A stretch of DNA of 58,749 nucleotides from a virus (Duplodnaviria > Caudoviricetes). Location: positions 1-58,749 of IMG/VR virus record IMGVR_UViG_3300037487_001109, one strand, 5' to 3'. This document shows positions 17,112 to 25,491 of the stretch, in pieces. The position numbers were made by a program, and so were the translations under genes. The stretch's first letter is position 1. Every line of letters begins with the position of its first letter. Under the pieces are notes generated by a model, which made no database searches, was not told where the DNA came from, and saw only the letters and a list, made by a program, of their open reading frames with translations.

Positions 17112-17801
17112 ATGGAGCGTTTTAGAGACTTTCATCCCTCATCATGGGATTCAAAAGCTAACTATGTAGGCCAGTCAGATCACAATCATTGGTATGTTTT
17201 TAATATAATGAAGACAAGGGACGCGGATTTACTAACAGAGTCCAATTGGGATTATATCTGTAAAGAGCTTGAACCGGATGAAATAGCAGGCTGCGAGGTG
17301 CATACGTTCGGTCATTGGGCATGTGGTCATTATGATTTGATACTTATTCATCCTTGGCATAAAAAACTATTGGAAAAGGCACGAGACTTGGAAAAGCAGT
17401 TAGCTAGTTATCCTGTTTTAAACGAAGCTGATTATAACGCTAGATGTGAAATCGAGATTGATCGGCAATGGGATGACTTCGCACGTGACGATTTTATATC
17501 AGAATTATCAAAGTATACCGAGCTGGATTTAACAGAGTACAGCTCCGAGCAAATAGATGCTCTCTATTATTTCCTGCAAGAGATATCTGGCACCTATAGA
17601 GGTAGTTTTACTGAAGAGCCCAACTTTCATATAGAAGAGATTTGTCGTATCTACGGCACCACAATAACTAAAGAAGTCTATATGCCATGTATATTTGAGC
17701 GCAAAGTCAAAAACTTTCCAATTTCAGATAGCATGCTAGACCGTGTAATGAATCCAAAAAAGTATCACGAGCCCATTAATCAGATTAAATTATTTGAATA
17801 G
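17112..17801 (+). CDS. Conserved early phage protein
   Basis: RDADLLTESNW...FGHWACG...YPVLNE; AAAATTGGAG RBS places the start at 17112. Confidence 0.7.
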   Translation: MERFRDFHPSSWDSKANYVGQSDHNHWYVFNIMKTRDADLLTESNWDYICKELEPDEIAGCEVHTFGHWACGHYDLILIHPWHKKLLEKARDLEKQLASYPVLNEADYNARCEIEIDRQWDDFARDDFISELSKYTELDLTEYSSEQIDALYYFLQEISGTYRGSFTEEPNFHIEEICRIYGTTITKEVYMPCIFERKVKNFPISDSMLDRVMNPKKYHEPINQIKLFE

Positions 17802-17857
17802 TTAGGTTTGGCTTCCAGTTGATCTCTACCTTTCACCTGGAAGTCACTAGTTAGCTA
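17799..17857 (+). promoter_or_regulatory. Interrupted hairpin after the last early gene (RNase III-like site candidate)
   Basis: tagttag...tggcttccag...ctggaagtca...ttagcta. Confidence 0.5.
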
Positions 17858-18012
17858 ATATCAACTAACCAAATTGGATATTTTAAAATAAAAATTACCT
17901 GTTCAAAATATGAACAGTTAAAAATTGGACGCTATCTCCCTAGATAAACAGCCATAATTACGCTGACTTATGAAAAAGACCCTTCCAAATGTCCTGTTTT
18001 GTCCCTTAATCT

Positions 18013-18088
18013 AAACTAGGTTACTCCAATTTCCTAGTTTGCCCCTCTTCCAGTTTAGACTTATGAATTAAACTGGAAGAGGTTTTTT
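18013..18088 (+). ncRNA. Candidate small RNA: stem-loop exposing anti-RBS TTACTCCAATTT, followed by a terminator
   Basis: aaactagg-[ttactccaattt]-cctagttt; the loop is the exact reverse complement of 16833-16844. Confidence 0.45.
18044..18088 (+). terminator. Intrinsic terminator of the early operon
   Basis: 14-bp stem cctcttccagttta/taaactggaagagg followed by T6. Confidence 0.85.
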
Positions 18089-18101
18089 CTTGTGTCAGCC
18101 T

Positions 18102-18599
18102 ATGAATATTCTACCACTAGCCCTATCCGCCTGCCTGCTCTGCTATGCAATACCGATAGCCCCAAGCACACATAACAATACAAACAGCCTGACTAGTTCT
18201 ATCCATACACCCACAAGCATTCACCAGCTAATAGCAAAGCACGCCAAATCTAAAGCCATACCGATAGCCCTAGTCACAAGAATTGTTAAGCAGGAATCAA
18301 GTTTTAACCCAAAAGCCAAACGCTACGAACCAAGCCTCAGAGCTCATAGCCTTGGACTTATGCAAATAATGGATAACTACTGGGTAAACTCTAAGACCTG
18401 TCCCTTCATAAAAGCCCCGGCTGACCTCCTGGACGCCGATTTAAACCTCAAATGTGGTACTTCCATACTTAGATCCCTTCTGTCTAAATATCCTAGCACC
18501 AAGGATGCTCTCATAGCCTACAACGGGGGAGAAAACTGTTTTCTTTCTCCAAAATGCCTGACTCAGAGCTCTCTCTACGCAGAAAAAATTCTTAGCTAA
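18102..18599 (+). CDS. Soluble lytic transglycosylase (SLT) with N-terminal signal/SAR-like segment
   Basis: QESSFNPKA, GLMQIM, AYNGG motifs; hydrophobic N-terminus. Confidence 0.88.
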   Translation: MNILPLALSACLLCYAIPIAPSTHNNTNSLTSSIHTPTSIHQLIAKHAKSKAIPIALVTRIVKQESSFNPKAKRYEPSLRAHSLGLMQIMDNYWVNSKTCPFIKAPADLLDADLNLKCGTSILRSLLSKYPSTKDALIAYNGGENCFLSPKCLTQSSLYAEKILS

Positions 18600-18639
18600 A
18601 TATTTCATAAAAAGACAAAACTGCACTTTCCAAATACAG

Positions 18640-19024
18640 GTCGGCACACTTTTGTATTTTTTAGAAAAAGCTGAAAGTGCCTTATATTCGATTTGGCCAA
18701 AAAGTGTGCCGACCTACCTGTTTGTGTGCCGACCTAAAACAGGGTCGGCACACCCCTGTAGCCCATTGAAATCATTAACGAATCCAGGAATAAAACAACT
18801 TCGTGTGCCGAGTGCCGACCTATTTCCAAACTTTTCCTTATATATAGTAATAAATAATACTATTGTTCCAGTAGTATATCTTATATATATATCTTCATAT
18901 ATGTTATTTATTAAAGAATAGTCGGCACACCGGCACAGACACACTTTTTCCTTGGGCATATCAACCGCTTACCCCCTGTGCCGACCCCTGTGCCGACCCC
19001 ATTTTAGGTCGGCACAGTCGGCAC
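18640..19024. other. Putative replication origin: GTCGGCAC/GTGCCGAC iterons around an AT-rich core
   Basis: 10 exact copies in both orientations plus 2 variants; AT-rich 18830-18920; adjacent to the primase-helicase 3' end. Confidence 0.75.
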
Positions 19025-19037
19025 AGAACAAATTGTT

Positions 19038-21527
19038 CTATTGTAGTGCCTCTAGACCCACTGCTCCGGTGCCTCCAGCCGAGCTTTTACTAAACTTTAT
19101 TTTGTAACTTCTGGTCTGTACCCCCTTTACCCTTACTCTTCTACACTCGCACCTGAAATTTCCCTTCAGCATAGCCCCAAGAGCCGCCGCATTTAGTCGT
19201 TTATCACTCATACCGTGCCTTTCTAGTGCCTCATTCACATACGCGAGTATCTCTGGCATGGTATGCCAGTCATTATCCTCTCCTGGTGCCTCTGGTGCCA
19301 CCTCAAATAGCCCCTGAATAAAGCTCTCACCTGTAAAATGCTCTGACTTGTAATCTTCCAGACTCATCACCACCTCCAACGGCACCACCATGTGCCCTCT
19401 CTCCCTCATCCGCCTATAGCCCTCCAGTGCCCAGTTCATAATCCCAGACAACTCCTCTTTAAGCATCTGCTGCAATTCCAACTCTTTTGCGCCACTTGGA
19501 ATAAACTGCCTTACATATGGAATGATGCACAATCGGCGCAGGATGCCATAGTTCTCACTCTGTGGTATGGGTCTATCGTTGCACCCAAGATGGAATTTTG
19601 CCCTGTTAGGCACATCTCTCTCCTCAGCATATAGCTTGCGTGCCAGTATTGTAGGGCCTGTGAGGTTCTTTACGAGCCCCTCATTCCACTGGGTCTTAGT
19701 ATCCATGTCATCCACAATTACCACCCTCTTGCCCTCAATTTTGGCTCCTACGCGCTCTAATTCCTTCTGGAAGGCAGTAGGGGACTTGGCGAACGTGGTG
19801 CCGGACATCAACGTAGCGTAACCACCCATAAGCATTGACAGTGCCTGGAGTACTTTACTCTTCCCGTTGCTGCCACCTCCATAGTGGATATAAATCTTCT
19901 GCTCACTTATGTACCCAGTTAAGCTGTAGCCAAATAGCTCCTGCATGAACCCTACCATACCTTCCGGGTCATCATTATCCGCAAACACTTCAGCCATAAA
20001 CGTTTCCCACCTTGGGCACGTGGCTTTTGGGTCATAGTAAACATTACTCCTGTGCAACAGGTAATCCTCTGCCTTAGCCTCTCTTAGCGTGCTGTTTGTC
20101 ATGCTAAATACCCCGTTTAAACAGTATGAAAAATCAGGATTAGCATCAAAAAACGTAGCCTCCACTTTTCTGATATACTTAGAGCTCAATACTCTGGTAA
20201 TAACCGAGCTTATAAACTGCCCTGACTGGTATTTGTCTAGTGCTACTTTTGCCTTGTCACCTGGAAAAGCCGTCAAAAACCCCGGATCACAGAATATATC
20301 CCTGCAGCACACATCTACAAAATGAGATATAATCTCGTTGCGTGCCCTCTGATTGGCCCATATCAATATATCCTCATTAAAGGCATATAGGTCGTTATCG
20401 ATGCACACAAGCATCTTCCCATAACGCTGCAGAACTCTCTGCATAGTAGCCATACAGGAAAATCTATTAACAAACAGCGGGCCTTCATCGTACACATAAG
20501 AGTAAATCCCTTTAAAGCCGTTTGTAGGCGCCTGTGCAATCTCTTCCAGTTTAACCAGTAGAGCCTTATCGACTTTAGACTTCTTCTCCATATTCTCAGA
20601 GGCTACTCTAAGCGCAGATTCAAATGTCTTAATGGCTTCTGCGTGCTCAAGCGGTCCTCCACATTCCTCTGAAAATGCTTGATTAATCGTATCGGTATAT
20701 ACTTCCAGGTGCTCAGTATCAATTACACCATCTTTCCCGCACTCAAGAGCCTCTTTATACACTTGATGCCAGAGCGCTGTGTTACGGCCGGACTTTGTTA
20801 CATCAATGGTGCCGCCCCTCTTCTCAAACCGTTTAAATTCAGCTTTCAGGCGTTTTGATTCTTCTTTTTTGGCCTCAAGAGCCAGCTTGTAATACTCATC
20901 GTGCCAAGGAAAGAGCTTGTGCAAATCAACTACACCTATAGGGGCAGCCTCTCTTTCCCCTATAATCTTAGGCATAAACTCTTTGCCATCCTTACAAATC
21001 CTTGGCACTCCCGGAACTCTTATTGTCTTTGTAGTAGTGTCTAGAGTTTTATCCCCATTAAAATACTGAGCCAAAGCCAATTGATAGTGCTGCCATGCCT
21101 CGATTGGCACATTCTCAATCTTCCAGTATAAATGGTACTTCCCGCCTGCTTCTGGTAGTAAGCTTGATAGCGAACTACAAACTGCCAGATGCGGAGAAAA
21201 CTCTTCCCAGATACTTGCAACCTTGTCAGCGTGAATTGGTTCATCTATATCAACACACAGTACTCTTGTGTTTAAGACGCCCTCTTTCCGCCTGCCTTTG
21301 GCATCCATAGCGTTAAGAGTAACGTGCAGTGTAGGAGATACCTCTGAGAGCACTTCCAGTGTAGACAGAATAACCGGAACTGTCTCAAACATAGTTCCAT
21401 AACCTTTTAACTGGTGCTTGGAAGCAAAGTCCAGCAGGCAGACTGTAAAATAAGATGCGTCAGGGTCGAGGAATTTAAAGAATAATTCAATATCCTCTTT
21501 ATTAATCTGCATATGCCTTCCACCCAA
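19038..21527 (-). CDS. Primase-helicase (RepB-like/AEP primase, D5_N, P4-family SF3 helicase)
   Basis: LCVDID, KYHLYW, TIRVPG; GRNTAL; Walker A YGGGSNGKS; RRLCIIPY. Confidence 0.88.
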   Translation of the reverse strand: MGGRHMQINKEDIELFFKFLDPDASYFTVCLLDFASKHQLKGYGTMFETVPVILSTLEVLSEVSPTLHVTLNAMDAKGRRKEGVLNTRVLCVDIDEPIHADKVASIWEEFSPHLAVCSSLSSLLPEAGGKYHLYWKIENVPIEAWQHYQLALAQYFNGDKTLDTTTKTIRVPGVPRICKDGKEFMPKIIGEREAAPIGVVDLHKLFPWHDEYYKLALEAKKEESKRLKAEFKRFEKRGGTIDVTKSGRNTALWHQVYKEALECGKDGVIDTEHLEVYTDTINQAFSEECGGPLEHAEAIKTFESALRVASENMEKKSKVDKALLVKLEEIAQAPTNGFKGIYSYVYDEGPLFVNRFSCMATMQRVLQRYGKMLVCIDNDLYAFNEDILIWANQRARNEIISHFVDVCCRDIFCDPGFLTAFPGDKAKVALDKYQSGQFISSVITRVLSSKYIRKVEATFFDANPDFSYCLNGVFSMTNSTLREAKAEDYLLHRSNVYYDPKATCPRWETFMAEVFADNDDPEGMVGFMQELFGYSLTGYISEQKIYIHYGGGSNGKSKVLQALSMLMGGYATLMSGTTFAKSPTAFQKELERVGAKIEGKRVVIVDDMDTKTQWNEGLVKNLTGPTILARKLYAEERDVPNRAKFHLGCNDRPIPQSENYGILRRLCIIPYVRQFIPSGAKELELQQMLKEELSGIMNWALEGYRRMRERGHMVVPLEVVMSLEDYKSEHFTGESFIQGLFEVAPEAPGEDNDWHTMPEILAYVNEALERHGMSDKRLNAAALGAMLKGNFRCECRRVRVKGVQTRSYKIKFSKSSAGGTGAVGLEALQ

Positions 21528-21728
21528 TTAAAGTTTTCCCAATTTTGCTAGCTTGAATAAGAACATCCCATCATCTGAACTACTTATAGCTTCCTTCATT
21601 GCTACCCTTACAAGTGCTCTGATAGTCATAGCCTTTGTGGTGCCTGTCAGTTTAATGAGACGTTTAAGTTCTTTAGTTTCTCTTGGGGTAAACTCAGTAA
21701 CAAATATTACTCTTTTTTTGATTGTCAT
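21528..21728 (-). CDS. Small ribbon-helix-helix-like DNA-binding protein
   Basis: Beta strand RVIFVTEF then two helices (TKAMTIRALV). Confidence 0.5.
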   Translation of the reverse strand: MTIKKRVIFVTEFTPRETKELKRLIKLTGTTKAMTIRALVRVAMKEAISSSDDGMFLFKLAKLGKL

Positions 21729-21855
21729 ATATTTTATCTTGCAGTAGAGTTTGAATCGTGCCTAATATGCTTGCATAGCTTACAGGTGGTCTAATTACAT
21801 TAGCCAAGAGCAGGCTTGTTAGCAAGTACCTAAATTTTAATTGGAGAAAATATTT

Positions 21856-22074
21856 ATGAACAACGAACGCACACTTGACAGCATCACCCTTTATCAGGAT
21901 GAACTTGAATCACTCCTGGTAACCGCCTATAGACTCTGTGAGTCCAGACTGCGGATGCTGGCAGAGCCGGTGTTTTCCCAAAAAGAGATTACCGAAGATA
22001 TAAAACACCTTGTTGCCAGTGCCAGAGTGTTCTCAGATGATAGTGAAATGATGGATGTACTTGTATGCGATTAG
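21856..22074 (+). CDS. Hypothetical protein
   Basis: AATTGGAG RBS before ATG 21856. Confidence 0.6.
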   Translation: MNNERTLDSITLYQDELESLLVTAYRLCESRLRMLAEPVFSQKEITEDIKHLVASARVFSDDSEMMDVLVCD

Positions 22075-22862
22075 GAATAACTGCAATTGTAAAAGACGAA
22101 GGGCTCTACCTTAAAGAATGGCTGATATTTCATAGCCTTCAGACGGTAGACGCCTTTTTTATTTATGATAACGGAAGCACCGACAACACGCGGGAGATAG
22201 TTGAGCAGTTTAAGCTAGATTACCCATATTTACAGGTGAATCTGATTGACTGGCAGGGACGCTGCCAGCAATTGCCTGCGTATAATCATTCAGTCAAGAA
22301 CAATAAAGACGTTGACTGGATGGCCTTTCTTGATGCAGATGAGTTTTTATACTCTCCAAAAGGCTACTCCATTAAAGAGTACATAGAGACTATCACACAC
22401 GTTAATTATAAGATTGCGGGCGTAGTGGCCAAGTGGAAACTGTTTGGTAGTGCTGGTGCAGACAGGCACGAGAAGGGCCTAGTGATTGAGAGATTCACTA
22501 AGTGTGCTGACAGAGTAGACCAGCATTGTAAATCTATTATGCGTATGGACCAGCTTATATCGGCAGGTAGAAATACCCACACATTCAGGTCAACTGGTAT
22601 TATTGTTGACGAAGATATGCACACTCTTCCATATGAATATGCCACATTAAGCAAAGCAGGCGCATCAACTATATGCATTAACCACTACCACACAAAATCA
22701 AAAGAAGAGTATCGCCTGCGCTGTCAGAAAGGATGTGCCGACAGTGAAGGGCAGAGAGAATTTGAGATATCCTTTTCATGCCACGATAGAAATGAGGCAG
22801 AGGATACGTATCTGAGGGATGCATATACACCTTTGATACGGGATAAAATATATGAAGAGTAA
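22065..22862 (+). CDS. Glycosyltransferase (GT-A fold, GT92/GT2-like)
   Basis: AIVKDEGLYLKEW..FH, IYDNGSTD, WMAFLDADEF, INHYHTKS. Confidence 0.88.
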   Translation: MRLGITAIVKDEGLYLKEWLIFHSLQTVDAFFIYDNGSTDNTREIVEQFKLDYPYLQVNLIDWQGRCQQLPAYNHSVKNNKDVDWMAFLDADEFLYSPKGYSIKEYIETITHVNYKIAGVVAKWKLFGSAGADRHEKGLVIERFTKCADRVDQHCKSIMRMDQLISAGRNTHTFRSTGIIVDEDMHTLPYEYATLSKAGASTICINHYHTKSKEEYRLRCQKGCADSEGQREFEISFSCHDRNEAEDTYLRDAYTPLIRDKIYEE

Positions 22863-22910
22863 TATAAATAGCGAGGTGAAAGTGACAACTAAACAGCCAG
22901 ACCTTTTTAA

Positions 22911-23021
22911 CGTGTGGTTGATGGGCTACCCAATAGGTCACACAGAATTAAAGGATTGGGCAACAGCGTGGTTCCGGCCTGTGCGAGAGAAGCGTTTATA
23001 GAATTGATAGGATTAATATGA
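22911..23021 (+). pseudogene. C-terminal remnant of a C5-cytosine DNA methyltransferase
   Basis: RVVDGLPNRSHRIKGLGNSVVPACAREAF (motif X, GNSV) directly after an in-frame TAA; overlapping frame reads WLMGYPIGHT. Confidence 0.65.
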
Positions 23022-23362
23022 GTGAATTAGGCCAGAAAGCCGAGGCGTATGCCTATAAACAAGTCCAGCAGCTAGTTAAGGATGGGCACACTGAAGTTCA
23101 AATGGAGCTTAGAGACTTTGATGAAACTATCCGAGAGATTTACACCGCAGGATACACCGAGGCCATGAAAGGGCAGAGGTGGATACCTGTTAGCGAGAGG
23201 TTGCCGGGAATAGACGAGGATGTACTTATCTACCCTGAGTCTGCTCGCAGTAAGATATTTTATTTTAATGGAAATGGTTGGGAGTATGAAGGATTTAAGC
23301 ACGACTTAAATCGCTTTACCCACTGGCAACCACTACCACAACCACCGCAGGGGGGAAGATGA
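23018..23362 (+). CDS. DUF551-domain protein
   Basis: WIPVSERLP...THWQPLPQPP. Confidence 0.8.
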   Translation: MSELGQKAEAYAYKQVQQLVKDGHTEVQMELRDFDETIREIYTAGYTEAMKGQRWIPVSERLPGIDEDVLIYPESARSKIFYFNGNGWEYEGFKHDLNRFTHWQPLPQPPQGGR

Positions 23363-23634
23363 TACCTTGCTATAAAAAAGTCTGGAAAGACGAAAGCTGC
23401 AGGGTGGATATAGAGATAAGTATTAGCCCTGGTTTTAGTGAGGATACGCGCAAAATAGAACTAACCGAAGGTCACTTCCTCGCCCCTGCCGAGCTTGAGC
23501 AGGTGGCGCGAAGTGCTTTTGAGGCGGGGAGGGCTGTTTACTCCAGCACCGACAACGTGCATGTCTGGAATGATTTTAACCACTGGCAAACACAAAACAA
23601 GAATTTAACAATTAAAACAATTAAGGAGAAATAG
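23359..23634 (+). CDS. Hypothetical protein
   Basis: Coupled start; ends in the repeat-encoded TQNKNLTIK. Confidence 0.55.
   Translation: MIPCYKKVWKDESCRVDIEISISPGFSEDTRKIELTEGHFLAPAELEQVARSAFEAGRAVYSSTDNVHVWNDFNHWQTQNKNLTIKTIKEK
23588..23633 (+). repeat. Direct repeat carrying an AAGGAG RBS (other copies 24049-24085 and partial 24764-24778)
   Basis: aaacacaaaacaagaatttaacaattaa...ggagaaata. Confidence 0.88.
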
Positions 23635-23636
23635 AG

Positions 23637-23855
23637 GTGGAAGAAGGAAAGTTAATATTTGCATACGAGTCAAAGCCTATCACGCCTGAGAAGGTTGATT
23701 TGATTAAAAACCTAAGACAAGACTTCTCGAATATTCACGAGAATATTTTAGTGCATTGTCCTAAAAGTAGAGAGCAATCAATCGCACTTACTCACCTAGA
23801 AACCGCAGCTATGTTTGCTATCAAAGCGATAACGCATGAAGTGGTAAAAGACTAA
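23637..23855 (+). CDS. Acb2/Tad1-like hairpin protein (candidate immune-signal sponge)
   Basis: FAY...LRQDF...CPKSREQSIALTHLETAAMFAIKAI. Confidence 0.7.
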   Translation: MEEGKLIFAYESKPITPEKVDLIKNLRQDFSNIHENILVHCPKSREQSIALTHLETAAMFAIKAITHEVVKD

Positions 23856-23867
23856 GGGGAGGGCAGA

Positions 23868-24086
23868 ATGAATAAGAGCGATGGAAAGACACATTATATA
23901 ATTACATGCAAAGACGGAGAAACCGACTTAATATATGGTAATTATCTTTTTCATTCTGCCCAAGCTGCAAAGGCAAAGGTTGGGGATTGGGATGTTTTTC
24001 AAAAGACTTCTTGCTGGAGACTTCAAGCAATCAAGTTTGAATTTATAAAAACACAAAACAAGAATTTAACAATTAAGGAGAAATAA
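23868..24086 (+). CDS. Hypothetical protein
   Basis: GGGGAGG RBS; ends TQNKNLTIKEK. Confidence 0.55.
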   Translation: MNKSDGKTHYIITCKDGETDLIYGNYLFHSAQAAKAKVGDWDVFQKTSCWRLQAIKFEFIKTQNKNLTIKEK

Positions 24087-24088
24087 AG

Positions 24089-24460
24089 ATGGAACAAGAC
24101 ATAAGCGAAATTGAAATCAACGGCGTGAAGTACGTCAAGAAAGGAAGTGAGCAAGTTAATGCGGTTAATAGCGACGGCTTGGAGTACGTAATAATCCGAG
24201 CTGATAGAGCCGGAGCCTTTGCTGGCTACCTTGTAGAAAAAGAAGGGACGGAAGTTACTCTAATAAATGCAAGGCGGTTATGGTATTGGTCTGGCGCTGC
24301 GTCATTGTCCGAGCTTGCGATTAATGGAGTTAAGAAACCTAATGACTGTAAATTTCCTGCACCTAATTCCAAGATTACAGTTTTAGGCGTGATTGAAATA
24401 ATACCAGCAACGGAAACAGCTCGTAAAATTATAGAGGGAGTAAAAATATGGCAAGCGTAG
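24089..24460 (+). CDS. DUF6948-like phage protein
   Basis: YVIIRADRAGAFAGYL...ARRLWYWSGAASLSELAINGV. Confidence 0.75.
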   Translation: MEQDISEIEINGVKYVKKGSEQVNAVNSDGLEYVIIRADRAGAFAGYLVEKEGTEVTLINARRLWYWSGAASLSELAINGVKKPNDCKFPAPNSKITVLGVIEIIPATETARKIIEGVKIWQA

Positions 24461-24765
24461 GCTCTGGCTATGTCGATGGCTCTGGCGATGGCGATGGCTC
24501 TGGCTATGGCGATGGCGATGGCTCTGGCTATGGCTCTGGCGATGGCTATGGCTCTGGCTATGGCGATGGCGATGGCTCTGGCGATGGCTCTGGCGATGGC
24601 TCTGGCGATGGCTCTGGCTATGGCTCTGGCTATGGCTCTGGCGATGGCTCTGGCTATGGCTCTGGCGATGGCTATGGCGATGGCTCTGGCGATGGCTATG
24701 GCTATGGCTCTGGCTCTGGCGATGGCTATGGCGATGGCTATGGCGTGAAAGTATTAATCGACTAA
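24448..24765 (+). CDS. Gly-X (X=S/D/Y) repeat protein
   Basis: GDGSGYG mosaic built from 6-bp GGC-NNN units; follows the DUF6948-like gene. Confidence 0.65.
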   Translation: MASVGSGYVDGSGDGDGSGYGDGDGSGYGSGDGYGSGYGDGDGSGDGSGDGSGDGSGYGSGYGSGDGSGYGSGDGYGDGSGDGYGYGSGSGDGYGDGYGVKVLID

Positions 24766-24889
24766 CACAAAACAAGAAGGGGGCGTAGGTGACGTACTAT
24801 AGAATAATCGGCGATAAGATTTATGTTTGCTACACTGTTCAGACTATAAATGGGCCGTATACATGGTGGCGAGTACAGGAACTAGCAAA

Positions 24890-25102
24890 ATGACAACCAA
24901 GCAGATCGAGGAATTGGATGGACCATCGGCTAATGAAGCCTACGACAACGGCTTCGAGTACGGCTCTCTGGCTAGCTACGACAGGGCGTTGAGTGATGTT
25001 ATCGAAACGCTTGAAGCTGACACAGACCCTAATTCATGGGGCGCTTTTGCCTTGCCTAAAGTCAGGGAAGTTATAGCAAAACTCAGGGCCGAGAATAAAT
25101 GA
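24890..25102 (+). CDS. Hypothetical protein
   Basis: AGGA before ATG 24890. Confidence 0.5.
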   Translation: MTTKQIEELDGPSANEAYDNGFEYGSLASYDRALSDVIETLEADTDPNSWGAFALPKVREVIAKLRAENK

Positions 25103-25305
25103 CCAATATCCAAGTACCCGATTCCCGTGCTAAATTTATATCTGAAAAGCTTGAAAGGAGACTTCAGAATGCCGCATCAGCATCGTCAGCACCATCACAG
25201 ACTAGACAAAAGCCAACTACCGCCCCGACTGGAAGAACAGATTCCAGAACTGCCGTTGACAAGTGGACCGAGGCCCTCCGTTATTGTTATGGGTCAGGAG
25301 ACTGA
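25099..25305 (+). CDS. Hypothetical protein
   Basis: ATGA-coupled start; overlaps 25169..25366. Confidence 0.35.
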   Translation: MTNIQVPDSRAKFISEKLERRLQNAASASSAPSQTRQKPTTAPTGRTDSRTAVDKWTEALRYCYGSGD

Positions 25306-25366
25306 GGTGACTTTGGCACAAGGACGGCAGATTAAAAAAGACCTTAAGCAGCTTACTCCTGTCTAG
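25169..25366 (+). CDS. Hypothetical His-rich N-terminus protein
   Basis: Strong AAGGAG RBS before ATG 25169 (MPHQHRQHHHRL...). Confidence 0.4.
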   Translation: MPHQHRQHHHRLDKSQLPPRLEEQIPELPLTSGPRPSVIVMGQETEVTLAQGRQIKKDLKQLTPV

Positions 25367-25398
25367 CGCAGTGCCCAATAATCAAATATAATATACGT

Positions 25399-25491
25399 AT
25401 GGCATGTAGATGTTTCGGCGTATGTACTTGTGGTGTGGCTTTAGGGCCTGCTACACCGTGCTGTGCTCCTCACTGGAGTGAAGATATTTAA
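25399..25491 (+). CDS. 30-aa Cys-rich micropeptide
   Basis: MACRCFGVCTCGVALGPATPCCAPHWSEDI; TATAAT 6 nt upstream; stop overlaps the next ATG. Confidence 0.5.
   Translation: MACRCFGVCTCGVALGPATPCCAPHWSEDI

Noticed and set aside
18652-18959. ORFs 18652..18921 and 18714..18959
   Set aside because: Run through the iterons and AT-rich core; no RBS or protein-like features
18640-19024. CRISPR array
   Set aside because: Repeats are 8-12 bp, in both orientations and irregularly spaced
24383-24775. HSQ/HRQ-repeat (minus) and MAMALA-repeat (plus) ORFs
   Set aside because: Shadow frames of the stop-free GGC-NNN hexamer repeat
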